Source: an uncultured Gemmatimonadota bacterium
Lineage (GTDB): Bacteria > GCA-2686955
Direction: 5' to 3'
Length of the DNA stretch: 64,000 nt
Assembly: GCA_964490075.1 (NCBI GenBank)
Contig: CAZBBK010000004.1
Coordinates: 1 to 64,000 of the forward strand
The notes beneath the pieces were generated by a model, which did not search any database, was not told the origin of the DNA, and saw only the letters and a program-made list of their open reading frames with translations. A program made the position numbers and the translations under genes. Numbering within the stretch: position 1 is the first letter of the stretch; each line of letters opens with the position of its first letter. Below, piece by piece: positions 10,200 to 21,330 of the stretch.

Positions 10200-11447
10200 T
10201 CAATCCACAAAGGGAAAGTAGTCCACCCGTCCCGCCCCGAACTTGTTCGGATCGCCCAGATCGTCGGCGTAGAGACTCAGCAGATCGCGGATCTCGTGCG
10301 GTGTCAGCGACGGATCGTAGGCCTTGTAGCCGGCCGCCACACCGACCACCGCCGGGCAAGCCATCGAGGTGCCGCTCATCTCGCCGTAGTCCCTCGGCAG
10401 CAGGCCGAAGAGGTTCCACCAGGTGTTGTGATCGGGCAGCGTCGAGAAGACGGCGTCACCCGGAGCCGCGATCTCGACGTTGTCGGCGCCGTAAGACGAG
10501 AAGCCGGCCAGGTCGTTGCACTGCTTGTTCAGCGCCGAGACCCCCACCACCTCGGGCAGCGAGGCCGGGTAGACCTTGCGCTGATTGCCGGAGTTGCCGG
10601 CGGCCGCGATCACCAGCGTGCCTTCGGCGCTCACCTGCTGAATGGCGTCGTGCATCGAGGCGATGTAGCCGTTCCCGCCCAGGCTCATGTTGACGAAGTC
10701 GGCGCCGATGTCGCCGGCGTGGAAGATCGCGGCGACGATGTCGGAGGTCTTGCCGAGCCCGAACTGGGTCAGCGCCTTGAGGCCGACCAGGGTGACCTGA
10801 GCGTGGCCGGCGATCCCCTTGCCGTTGTTGGTCACCGCACCGATGATGCCGGCCAGGTGGGTGCCGTGGCCCATGTCGTCCTTGGGGCGGTTGTCGTTGT
10901 CGACGAAGTCCCAGTCCAGGTCACGATCGATGTTGGCCTTCAGGTCGACGTGCGAGAGGTCGATGCCGGTGTCGATGATCGCCACCAGCACCTCGGGACG
11001 CGGCGGAACGTGGTCCCAGGCCGCCTCGGCGTCGACGCAGGCGGGGCCATACTGCTTCCCGTAGTGCGGATCGTTCGGCGCGCCGGCGGCCACCGGCCCC
11101 GCCTCCGGCCGCGGGCGCGAGATCGGCTCGCCGGCGGCGATCCGGCCCATCCACTCCCCGAGCTCGGGGATCGCAAGAGTCTGGTCGGGCTCCACGTAGC
11201 GAGCCAGCGCCGCGATGCGCGAGTCGTGGAGCGCCCCACCCAGCTGCGACTCGGGGACCGACACCGTCAAGAAACGCCGCCCCGGTAACGCGCGCACCAG
11301 CGCGCCCTGGTGGGCGTCCTCGACGATGCTCCGAACCTGGTCGACCATGGCCGGCTCCAGGGTGCCGATGTTCAGGCGGACCGATTCACCGTAGGCGGCG
11401 GCGACGAACAGGGCAGAAAAGGCTGTGAGAGGAATCGAGCGATGCAC
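10200..11447 (-). CDS. Secreted S8 (subtilisin/thermitase-like) serine peptidase
   Basis: Catalytic motifs VAIIDTG, HGTHLAG, AAAGN and SGTSMACP. A signal peptide follows the inferred GTG start at 11447. Confidence 0.93.
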   Translation of the reverse strand: MHRSIPLTAFSALFVAAAYGESVRLNIGTLEPAMVDQVRSIVEDAHQGALVRALPGRRFLTVSVPESQLGGALHDSRIAALARYVEPDQTLAIPELGEWMGRIAAGEPISRPRPEAGPVAAGAPNDPHYGKQYGPACVDAEAAWDHVPPRPEVLVAIIDTGIDLSHVDLKANIDRDLDWDFVDNDNRPKDDMGHGTHLAGIIGAVTNNGKGIAGHAQVTLVGLKALTQFGLGKTSDIVAAIFHAGDIGADFVNMSLGGNGYIASMHDAIQQVSAEGTLVIAAAGNSGNQRKVYPASLPEVVGVSALNKQCNDLAGFSSYGADNVEIAAPGDAVFSTLPDHNTWWNLFGLLPRDYGEMSGTSMACPAVVGVAAGYKAYDPSLTPHEIRDLLSLYADDLGDPNKFGAGRVDYFPFVD

Positions 11448-11728
11448 GGGAGGCTCCGGGTGAGGACGGGGGGGCGAGGCGGGGCGCGCACGTATGGGAG
11501 CGCGGCGACCGCTTCGCGTGCAAGTTCGAGACCAACCGCGCTCGCTGCGCAACCCTTTGTCTGCCAACACAGTGCGCTCATCCCCCGGGATCCTGCGTGG
11601 GGCTTTTCCCCCTCCGCCGAGAGAGATGACGCACCTGCACAAGTGCATGCGCCCTAGACAATTCGCGAGACGCCTGCGCTACGATCCGTCTGCCTCCAGG
11701 CCTTCGGGCCGTGGAACGGAGACGATCG

Positions 11729-13804
<2,076 letters not shown>

Positions 13805-13816
13805 CGCGCCGGGGGG

Positions 13817-14566
13817 CTACCCCATCCCACGCTGGGCCGAGATCTCGTCGTAGGCCCGCTGCAGGTCCTGGAACTTGCGCTTGGCCAGCTCGACGAACTC
13901 CTCGGGCATCCCTTTGGCGATGACGCGGTCGGGGTGGTACTCCTTGGCCAGCTGCCGGTAGCGCTTGCGAATCGCCTCGTCCGAATCGTCCGGCGAGCAC
14001 CCCAGGATCCGGTAGTAGGGCGACACGTCCGGCACCACCCGGGCGCGCATGCGCAGATAGTCGTCGCGCCCGAAGCCGAAGATCGCGGCCGCCTCTTCGA
14101 TCATCCGCTCCTCGTTGGGGTGCAGCTCCCCGTCGGCCATCGACACCCGCAGCAGCAGATCGACCAGCATCTCCTTCACCGGCAGATCGTTCGCGAAGGC
14201 ATCGGCGAACTGCCGGGCAAACTCCTCGAAGTCGTGCTCCGACTCCTTCGCGCGCCGAAACACGCCGACCGCGAAGGCGCGCGTCTGATCGTCCAGCCGC
14301 AGCTGCTCGCGCATGAAGGCGTCGATCGCATCGATCTCGTGGCGCGTGACCCGGCCGTCGGCCTGTGCCAGCTTGGCCAGCATCGAGAAGGTGCTGGCGA
14401 AGAAGATGGTCTGACGGCGCTCGCCGTCGCTCAGCAGCGGCGCCGGCTCCCGGCGCCGGCCGCCGAACATCGCGTCGGCCGCCATCGCCCCCAGCACGGC
14501 ACCGAGCGGACCGCCGGTGATCGCGAATCCGATCGCTCCTCCGGCGAGAGTCTTGAACCAGCCCAT
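13817..14566 (-). CDS. djlA: DjlA-like co-chaperone (TerB + DnaJ domains)
   Basis: Gly-rich membrane anchor, TerB-like AKLAQADGRV, and a C-terminal J domain with HPD (KEYHPDRV). Confidence 0.9.
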   Translation of the reverse strand: MGWFKTLAGGAIGFAITGGPLGAVLGAMAADAMFGGRRREPAPLLSDGERRQTIFFASTFSMLAKLAQADGRVTRHEIDAIDAFMREQLRLDDQTRAFAVGVFRRAKESEHDFEEFARQFADAFANDLPVKEMLVDLLLRVSMADGELHPNEERMIEEAAAIFGFGRDDYLRMRARVVPDVSPYYRILGCSPDDSDEAIRKRYRQLAKEYHPDRVIAKGMPEEFVELAKRKFQDLQRAYDEISAQRGMG

Positions 14567-14701
14567 AGAGGCTCCTTTCGCAACAGCCGCTCAGTCTACT
14601 CCTCCTTGTCGCGAGGGCTTCAAGCCGGTTCCACATCGGCCGATCAGCGAGAGGGGGGCAGGAGTCGCGCGGCGTGCGGACGCGTCGCGGCGGAGTGCTA
14701 C

Positions 14702-15685
14702 TTGGCTCTGACATCAACAGATACCCGGCCGCCGCTGCCGATCCAGCTCTTCGCCCCGGGGCCGACCTGCGCGGCCTGGCTGGCCCTCGGCCTGCTCGTG
14801 CTCGCGCCGCACCTGGCCCAACCAGAGCTGCGCCGGGTGGCGGGACTGCTCCCCCTGCTCTACGCCGGCGCCCTGGTACACGCGGCGCTCGCGCTGCGCC
14901 TCTTCGCCGGCGGGGCACACGATCGATCGATCCCCTCGCGCCTGGCCCCGGCCGCCCTGGCGGCGCTGAGCGTGGGGGGAGGCATGGCGCTGATCGCACG
15001 AGCCACCGGCGAGGCGGAGCTGGTCGGACCCGCGGCCCTCCTGAGCGCTGCCCTCACCATCTCCTGGTCACTCCTGATCGCCGCCGATGCCGAGCGTGCC
15101 CGAGGTCTCGCGGGGCTGTGGATCACCACCAACGGCCTGGCGGCCGCGGGCGGGCTGGTGCTGGCCTCCCAGCGCGGCGGCGCCGCGGGTGTGCTCACCG
15201 CCCACGCCCTGGCGCATTCGATCCTCGCCGCGCTCCTCCTCTTTCACGCCTGGCGCGAAGAGCGCGCGCTCCGCTATCACCCGACCGCGGCGCGCCAGAC
15301 CCCGGAGAGCCTCCTGCCGGCCGCGCTCATCCTCGCCTGCACATTGCTCTGGAGCATCCGGCACGCCGCCCTGCCGGTCCCCTCCGTGCTGCCCGCCCGC
15401 TACGCCCTCGTTCCCTGCCTCGCCCTGGTGTTCCTGGTGGTCGCCCCGGTGGCCGCGTCGCTGGCCGGAATCGGCCGGCGTCGAGAGCGGCTCGCCGGCC
15501 TGGGTGCGCTCGTCGGCGCGGTCCTGGCCAGCCCGGCGATCGCCCTGGCCTGGTCGCTGGCCGGCGGCCTCTCGACCCACGGTCTGGCGGGCTGGGCCTT
15601 CTTCTTCGGGCTGCCCGCCATCGCGGCCGCCTTCGCGCTCTCGCTGGCCGGGCTTGGGCGGGGGCTGATCACTCGCCGAGGTTGA
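14702..15685 (+). CDS. Hypothetical polytopic membrane protein
   Basis: Many Ala/Leu-rich hydrophobic segments. TTG start inferred from a GGAG RBS; no family motif recognised. Confidence 0.55.
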   Translation: MALTSTDTRPPLPIQLFAPGPTCAAWLALGLLVLAPHLAQPELRRVAGLLPLLYAGALVHAALALRLFAGGAHDRSIPSRLAPAALAALSVGGGMALIARATGEAELVGPAALLSAALTISWSLLIAADAERARGLAGLWITTNGLAAAGGLVLASQRGGAAGVLTAHALAHSILAALLLFHAWREERALRYHPTAARQTPESLLPAALILACTLLWSIRHAALPVPSVLPARYALVPCLALVFLVVAPVAASLAGIGRRRERLAGLGALVGAVLASPAIALAWSLAGGLSTHGLAGWAFFFGLPAIAAAFALSLAGLGRGLITRRG

Positions 15686-15938
15686 CGCTCAAGCGCTCCA
15701 CCAAGGAATCGACGACCGCCTGGCGCTCGATCACCCAACGGCGGACGGAGGTGATATTCGGATACGCGATCTCGGCATCGAGATCGTAGGCGCCGGTATC
15801 GGTGAAGCGATAGACATTGAGCGAGCCCACCACGTGGCAGAGGATCAGGCAGGTCATCGCCAGTCGAAAGTGTCGCTTTTGGGAGAGCGCGGCCGCGATC
15901 AGTTGGACCCGACCCCGGGCCCGAGCCCCACCCTGCAC
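15669..15938 (-). CDS. Possible small membrane protein or gene fragment
   Basis: High-GC3 codon pattern and one hydrophobic stretch in the last ~65 codons. No clear RBS. Confidence 0.3.
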   Translation of the reverse strand: MQGGARARGRVQLIAAALSQKRHFRLAMTCLILCHVVGSLNVYRFTDTGAYDLDAEIAYPNITSVRRWVIERQAVVDSLVERLSVNLGE

Positions 15939-16168
15939 CCGATTCGGCCGAGTGATCGCACGGAGTCATCGAGCTTGACAGTCCGCGCACGGAGAGGGAC
16001 TCGGTTTGACGTTCTTGTCGCGCGGTCGACCCAAGTACTCGGAAAGAGCCGCCATATCCAAGGCCCGCCCGCATCGGAACGAGATCGACTCCCGATGGGA
16101 GAGCTTGAGCCCCTGGATTCCGGAGCCGCCGCCCAGTTCCTTGTGCCCCCTCCCCGCCCCCGTTTACC

Positions 16169-17335
16169 ATGAGCGCTTCTCTCTCGCCTCCGGAGCCCCC
16201 CACCATGCCCCAACCTTCCCCAAGCACCGAAAGCGCACCGTCCACGTCGTCCGAGCGATCCAAGGTCGCGGTCCTCTTCACGCGCCCCGAGAGCGTGGTC
16301 GAGGATATCGGGCGAGTCATGGAGATGGCCGGCCACCGGAGCGCCCTTCCGGTCGGCCCCAATGTCAATCTCAAGATCAACATCTCCTGGCATCACTACT
16401 ACCCGGCCTGCTCGACCACGCCCTGGCAGCTCGACGGCGTGATCTCGAGGCTGCTCGCCGACGGCTACCCGCGCGAGACCCTGGTGGCGTGCCAGAACGG
16501 CACCGTCGTCGTCGACCCCTACGTCGGCGCCAAGCGCAACAAGATCGACCCGGTGGTGGCCAAGCACGGGCTCGAGTACTCCTACCTCAACGAGCCGCAA
16601 GTCGAATGGGTGCGGGTCGAGCCCAAGACCAAACTGCACGTGCTGAACGAGGTCTATCCGGAAGGCGTGCGCATCCCCAAGAAGTTCTTCGGGGAGTCGA
16701 TCATCCACCTGCCGACGGCCAAGACCCATGTCTTCACCACCATGACCGGCGCCATGAAGAACGCCTTCGGCGGACTCCTGAACAACCGCCGCCACTGGAC
16801 CCATGCGGTCATCCACGAAACCCTGGTCGACCTGCTGGCGATCCAGAAGGAGATCCACTCCGGGGTATTCGCGGTGATGGACGGCACCATCGCCGGCGAC
16901 GGCCCGGGCCCCCGCTGCATGCAGCCCCATGTCAAGAACGTGCTGCTGGCCTCCTCCGACCAGGTCGCGATCGACTCGATCAGCGCCAAGCTGATGGGAT
17001 TCGACCCGATGAGCCTGAAGTTCATCCGCATGGCGCACGAGGATGGACTGGGCTGCGGCGATCCGGCCGAAATCGAGATCGTGGGAGAAGACATCAGCGG
17101 TGTGAATTGGTGTTTCGAGGGCAAGAAAGACACTTTTGCCTCGCGCGGCCAGAAGGCGATCTACCACGGCGGGCTGAAACCGCTGGAGCATCTGTTGCTG
17201 CGCACACCCCTGGTTCCCTGGTCCTATCTTGCGTCCCGTTTCTATCATGACGGCTTGTGGTTCCCGCTGATCGGCAAGCGCCGCGTCGCCGCGATCATGA
17301 AAACCGAGTGGGGCCGGCTCTTCCAGTCCTATTGA
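16169..17335 (+). CDS. DUF362 domain-containing protein
   Basis: LKINISW, STTPWQLDGV, LPTAKTHVFTTMTGAMKNAFG, MDGTIAGDGPGP and SSDQVAID. Confidence 0.9.
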   Translation: MSASLSPPEPPTMPQPSPSTESAPSTSSERSKVAVLFTRPESVVEDIGRVMEMAGHRSALPVGPNVNLKINISWHHYYPACSTTPWQLDGVISRLLADGYPRETLVACQNGTVVVDPYVGAKRNKIDPVVAKHGLEYSYLNEPQVEWVRVEPKTKLHVLNEVYPEGVRIPKKFFGESIIHLPTAKTHVFTTMTGAMKNAFGGLLNNRRHWTHAVIHETLVDLLAIQKEIHSGVFAVMDGTIAGDGPGPRCMQPHVKNVLLASSDQVAIDSISAKLMGFDPMSLKFIRMAHEDGLGCGDPAEIEIVGEDISGVNWCFEGKKDTFASRGQKAIYHGGLKPLEHLLLRTPLVPWSYLASRFYHDGLWFPLIGKRRVAAIMKTEWGRLFQSY

Positions 17336-17354
17336 GCCCCGGAATCGTCGACCA

Positions 17355-18251
17355 ATGATCCGTGCCGTCCTCGCCAGCATGCGTCCCAAGCAGTGGACCA
17401 AGAACGGCGTGGTCTTCGCGGGACTGATCTTCTCGCGCAATCTCGACCAGAGCGAGCACGTGTTGCGCGCCACCGCCGCGGTCTTGATCTTCTGCCTGCT
17501 CTCGGGCTCGGTCTATCTGATCAACGACATCAAAGACATCGACAAGGACCGGCGCCACCCCGCCAAGTGCAAACGTCCCTTGCCCTCCGGCGCGCTGAGC
17601 GTGCCTCGGGCGTGGGGCGCGGCGATCCTGCTGGCGGCCGGATCGCTGATCGGCGGATTCCTGTTGCAACCAGCGTTCGCGGTCGTGGCCGCCGCCTACT
17701 TCTTGCTGGTCGGCGCCTACTCCTTCGGCTTGAAGAACATCGTCGTGGTCGACGTATTCGCGATCGCGCTCGGTTTCGTGCTGCGCGCGGTGGCCGGAGT
17801 CGAAGTGCTGGCCCTCGGCAGCGCCTCGGTGGCGATCTCTCCCTGGCTCTTGATCTGTACCTTCCTGCTCGCCACCTTTCTCGCGCTGGCCAAGCGTCGC
17901 AACGAAATCTCGAGCATGGAACGGGCCGGTAAAGACGCCGCCGCGCACCGCGCGGTGCTGGGCGAGTACACCCTGCCGCTGCTCGACCAGATGACCGCGG
18001 CGATCAGCTCCGCGACCATTGTCGCCTACGCGCTCTACACTTTCGACGAGCGCACGGTCGAGACTTTTGGCTCGCCCTGGCTCGCGGTGACCACCCCCTT
18101 CGTCATGTACGGCATCTTCCGCTACCTGTACCTGGTGCATCGACGCCATCTCGGCGGCAGCCCCGAGATGATCTTCCTCACCGATCGCGGAATTCTGGCC
18201 TGCGTGGTGCTCTGGATCTGCACCGCGGGCGCGATCATCTACCTCCTCTAG
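17355..18251 (+). CDS. UbiA-family decaprenyl-phosphate phosphoribosyltransferase-like protein
   Basis: MRPKQWTKN, YLINDIKDIDKDRRHPAKCKRPLPSG, LALAKRRNE and YGIFRYLYL. Confidence 0.92.
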   Translation: MIRAVLASMRPKQWTKNGVVFAGLIFSRNLDQSEHVLRATAAVLIFCLLSGSVYLINDIKDIDKDRRHPAKCKRPLPSGALSVPRAWGAAILLAAGSLIGGFLLQPAFAVVAAAYFLLVGAYSFGLKNIVVVDVFAIALGFVLRAVAGVEVLALGSASVAISPWLLICTFLLATFLALAKRRNEISSMERAGKDAAAHRAVLGEYTLPLLDQMTAAISSATIVAYALYTFDERTVETFGSPWLAVTTPFVMYGIFRYLYLVHRRHLGGSPEMIFLTDRGILACVVLWICTAGAIIYLL

Positions 18252-18257
18252 ACCACC

Positions 18258-18854
18258 ATGGACCCGATCGACTTCCGAAGCATCTCGAAAGAAGACGAGT
18301 CACAGCTTCGCGCCGCCTGCGTGGAGGGGCTGCGCTCCGGCGATGCGCGCCGCGTCTTCGACGCGGTGCAGGCGATCAAGTGGTTCCGCCGCGACGACGA
18401 CCTGCTCGAGGTTTTGATGGAGCTCCTCGAGTCCCCCTCCAAGGCGATGCGCGGCATGGCCCTGGAGGGACTCGGCAACCTGGACCACGAAGGAGCGCTC
18501 GGCTCCCTCACGCTCTTCGTCGAGAGCCGGCACGACGCCGACGAGGCGGCCGCAGCCATCACCGCCATCGGACGTGTCGGAAACGAGGCCACGGTCCTCT
18601 TTCTGGAGCGCGTGATCTGGGACGAGGCCTCCTTTGCCATGGAGGTCCGCGAACGGGCCGTCGAGGCCTTGAGCGATCTCGCGTCGCGCAAGATCGAGAC
18701 CGCCGTACGAGTGCTCGAAGCGGCCTACGCGTCCGAGGAGCTGGAACCAACACTGGTCGACGCCGGCCGCGCCGCGTTGCGTGCGCTCGGTGCCGACGAG
18801 TGGGACGACCGGGGCTTCATGACCATCGACGCGGAGCTGGAGCCGGACAACTGA
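18258..18854 (+). CDS. HEAT-repeat protein
   Basis: Repeats MRGMALEGLG, AAAAITAIGRVG and VRERAVEALSDL. Confidence 0.75.
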   Translation: MDPIDFRSISKEDESQLRAACVEGLRSGDARRVFDAVQAIKWFRRDDDLLEVLMELLESPSKAMRGMALEGLGNLDHEGALGSLTLFVESRHDADEAAAAITAIGRVGNEATVLFLERVIWDEASFAMEVRERAVEALSDLASRKIETAVRVLEAAYASEELEPTLVDAGRAALRALGADEWDDRGFMTIDAELEPDN

Positions 18855-19444
18855 GCCGACTCCCGAGCGATGCGCAGCTGGCCGAGCTCTTCGAGTCGCT
18901 GCGCCGCAGCCATTTCCCGGGCGGTCTGCCGGACGCGGTGGTCGAATGGTCGAGCCGCATGCGCCGCTCCGCCGGCCTCTGCTATCCGCGGCGGCGCCTG
19001 ATCCGGCTCTCCACCCACTACCTGCGCCGCCACCCCTCCGACCTGGTGCCGGTGCTGCTGCACGAGATGATCCACCTGGTGCACCCGCGCCACGACCGCC
19101 CTTTCAAGACCGAGGCCCACAGGGTCGGGGCGCTGCTGCACGCCCGTGCCCCGGAGGGCGACGAGCCTTCCCCTCCCTGGCGGTGGTTGGCGCTCTGCCC
19201 GCGCTGCGGCTCCGGCTCACCGTACCGATTGCGCGCACGGCTGGTCTGCGGACGCTGCCGCGACGTCTTGGGTCGCAGGCCGCGGCTGGAGTTCCACCCC
19301 TTGCCCGGAGCCCCCTCGACGGCCGACCAGCTCGAGCAGGCCATCGCCGCCCTCGGGGATCGGCGCGGCCGCCGCGCGGAGCGGCTGCGGCGCCGGATCA
19401 GCCGAAGGGCGCGGCCGTCCCGAGCACTCGACGCCGCACCTTGA
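18851..19444 (+). CDS. SprT-like zinc metalloprotease with Zn ribbon
   Basis: WSSRMRRSAG, LLHEMIH, HDRPF and CPRC...CGRC. Start inferred at a CTG overlapping the upstream TGA. Confidence 0.85.
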   Translation: MSRLPSDAQLAELFESLRRSHFPGGLPDAVVEWSSRMRRSAGLCYPRRRLIRLSTHYLRRHPSDLVPVLLHEMIHLVHPRHDRPFKTEAHRVGALLHARAPEGDEPSPPWRWLALCPRCGSGSPYRLRARLVCGRCRDVLGRRPRLEFHPLPGAPSTADQLEQAIAALGDRRGRRAERLRRRISRRARPSRALDAAP

Positions 19445-20246
19445 AGCGCTCCTCCTGGCGCTGCAGCACCAGGTAGTCCAGGCGCAAGAAGAGCTGCTCC
19501 CCCCCCTTGCTCTCGGTGACCACGCGCACGTCGACGCCGAAAGCGCCGGGGCCGATGCGGTGGACCGACTTGATGCGGTAAGAACGGATGCGATCGCCGC
19601 GCCCCAGCTCTTCGGGCGTAAACCCCTGTCGGATCTCCGCGATCAGCATCAGGTAGGCGCCATGACCGTCTCCACGGACCAGGTAGTCGAGAAACGAGCG
19701 CGCCGCCCGGAACACCCGAAGCTCCTCCCCCAGCTGCCCGGTCCATCGCAGGCGCGCCAGCTCCAGCACCGGATCTTCCGAAGGAACGCTCGACAGGAAG
19801 CGCAGCACGTGAATCGGCGAGATCTCGCCGAGCGTGTCGAAGGCCCGCGAGCGGAGCTTCCCCGGCCTGGCGGGATCGCGCGCCAGCGCGTCCAGCCGCG
19901 GGATGGCGGCCGGCGCTCCACTCTCGCGCGCGAGCTCGATCGCCTGCTCCAGAACCAGGGCCGAAGTGTCGGTGAGCGCCTCCGCGATCAGAGCCTCGCG
20001 CTCCTCCGGCGCCGCCGAGCGCAGCGCCTGAAGGCGCTCCTCGGGGCCTGAGGGAGCGGGGCTCGCGCTTTCGTCTCCGGTTTCGGGCGCGACCGCGGGC
20101 GCAACTTCCTGTGCGATCGTGGCCGCCTCGGCTCCAGCGCTCGCCGCGCCTTCCTGGGCGACCGCCCCCGTCATACACACGGCCCACACCCCCGGCACCG
20201 CCAGCGCCGTCCCCAAAGTGTTCAGTCGCATTCGCTTCTTGGCCAT
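19398..20246 (-). CDS. Hypothetical exported protein with HEAT-like repeats
   Basis: Signal-like N-terminus, Ala/Pro linker and HEAT-like helices (AIPRLDALA, LRSRAFDTLGEI). Lies 30 bp downstream of the selenoprotein gene. Confidence 0.6.
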   Translation of the reverse strand: MAKKRMRLNTLGTALAVPGVWAVCMTGAVAQEGAASAGAEAATIAQEVAPAVAPETGDESASPAPSGPEERLQALRSAAPEEREALIAEALTDTSALVLEQAIELARESGAPAAIPRLDALARDPARPGKLRSRAFDTLGEISPIHVLRFLSSVPSEDPVLELARLRWTGQLGEELRVFRAARSFLDYLVRGDGHGAYLMLIAEIRQGFTPEELGRGDRIRSYRIKSVHRIGPGAFGVDVRVVTESKGGEQLFLRLDYLVLQRQEERFKVRRRVLGTAAPFG

Positions 20247-20275
20247 ATCATAGACTCGGCCGAACGCCGGAACGC

Positions 20276-20503
20276 TCAACCCCCTTGCGCGCGCAAGAGC
20301 GCGACGATGTGCTCTTCGGCCGGGAACTCGCCGGTCCGGTACTTGGAGTAGATGATCTTGCCGTCGACCGCGACATCGAAGATCCCCTGGCCCGCCTCGA
20401 TGAGCTCGGCCTCGATGCCGGTCGCACGGGCGATCGTGGCCCCCAAACTGGAGGCGCGTGGAAGGTAGTTTCATTGACCGCAGTAGGTGATCGTGACGTG
20501 CAT
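20276..20503 (-). CDS. SelW/SelT/Rdx-family selenoprotein (CxxU), 75 aa
   Basis: GAGAGG RBS, then MHVTITYCGQ-UGA-NYLPRASSLGATIARATGIEAELIEAGQGIFDVAVDGKIIYSKYRTGEFPAEEHIVALLRAQGG*. Rdx motifs occur on both sides of the in-frame TGA at 20471-20473. Confidence 0.9.
20439..20455 (-). promoter_or_regulatory. Bacterial SECIS-like hairpin
   Basis: GCCUCC-AGUUU-GGGGGC stem-loop beginning 16 nt after the UGA, with GU in the apical loop. Confidence 0.7.
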
Positions 20504-20546
20504 GGTGTGACCTCTCGGATAGCGGCTCGGAAGGTGATCTCGGATC

Positions 20547-21269
20547 TTGGATTCTAGCCCCCCTCGCTCGGCGCGAGGAACTTTCGTCGTGGGCGACGTG
20601 CACGGCTGCGCGGCCGAGCTCGAGGAGCTGCTGCGCGTGGCCGGCTACGACCGGAACCGCCACCGCTGCATTCAGGTCGGCGACCTCTACACCCGCGGCC
20701 CCGATCCGATGGGGGTGTGGAACCTGGTTCGGCGCCACGAAATCGAGTGCGTTGTGGGCAACCACGAACGCCACCTGCTGAAGCTGCTGCCGAGCGACGC
20801 CGGCAAGAAGGGTCGGGATCGGGCGCCGCTGCGCAACGGCTTCTTGGCCGACCCCCACTTCGGCGGACGCCTCGAGGAAGTGCTCACCGAGCTTCGGGCC
20901 TTGCCGCTCTGGATCCGCTCGACGCCAGGTGCTCCCGCGCATCCCTGGGTCGTGGTCCACGCGGGAGTCGACCCCTTCACCGGCTTTTCGCCGCAGTGCA
21001 AGCCGAAGACCCTGACCACCATCCGCCTGTGGCCACCGGCGGGCAACCCCTCCCGCCACTGGCACGATTTCTATCGCGGCGAGGAGCTGGTGATCTTCGG
21101 CCACGATGCGATCGGCGGCCTGGTCGAGCGCCGCGACCGGGACGGCAGAGCGCGGGCCATCGGGCTCGACAGCGGCTGCGTCTATGGAGGACGCCTCACC
21201 GGCTACTGGATCGAGCGCGACTGCCTGGTCTCGGTTCCAGCCCGTCACGCCTGGTGGCCGGTGCGTTAG
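20547..21269 (+). CDS. Calcineurin-like metallophosphoesterase (ApaH/PrpA-like)
   Basis: GDVHG, GDLYTRG, GNHE, VHAG, FGH and LDSGCVYGGRLT. Confidence 0.93.
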   Translation: MDSSPPRSARGTFVVGDVHGCAAELEELLRVAGYDRNRHRCIQVGDLYTRGPDPMGVWNLVRRHEIECVVGNHERHLLKLLPSDAGKKGRDRAPLRNGFLADPHFGGRLEEVLTELRALPLWIRSTPGAPAHPWVVVHAGVDPFTGFSPQCKPKTLTTIRLWPPAGNPSRHWHDFYRGEELVIFGHDAIGGLVERRDRDGRARAIGLDSGCVYGGRLTGYWIERDCLVSVPARHAWWPVR

Positions 21270-21330
21270 TGCCCCACTCCGCCAAATACGGCGGCCGAAT
21301 GCCACCGCATTTGCGGAGTGGGGCACTCGA

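Noticed and set aside
15966-15968. In-frame TGA after CADCQAR on the minus strand as a second selenocysteine
   Set aside because: No recognised selenoprotein motif, no family similarity either side and no convincing SECIS.
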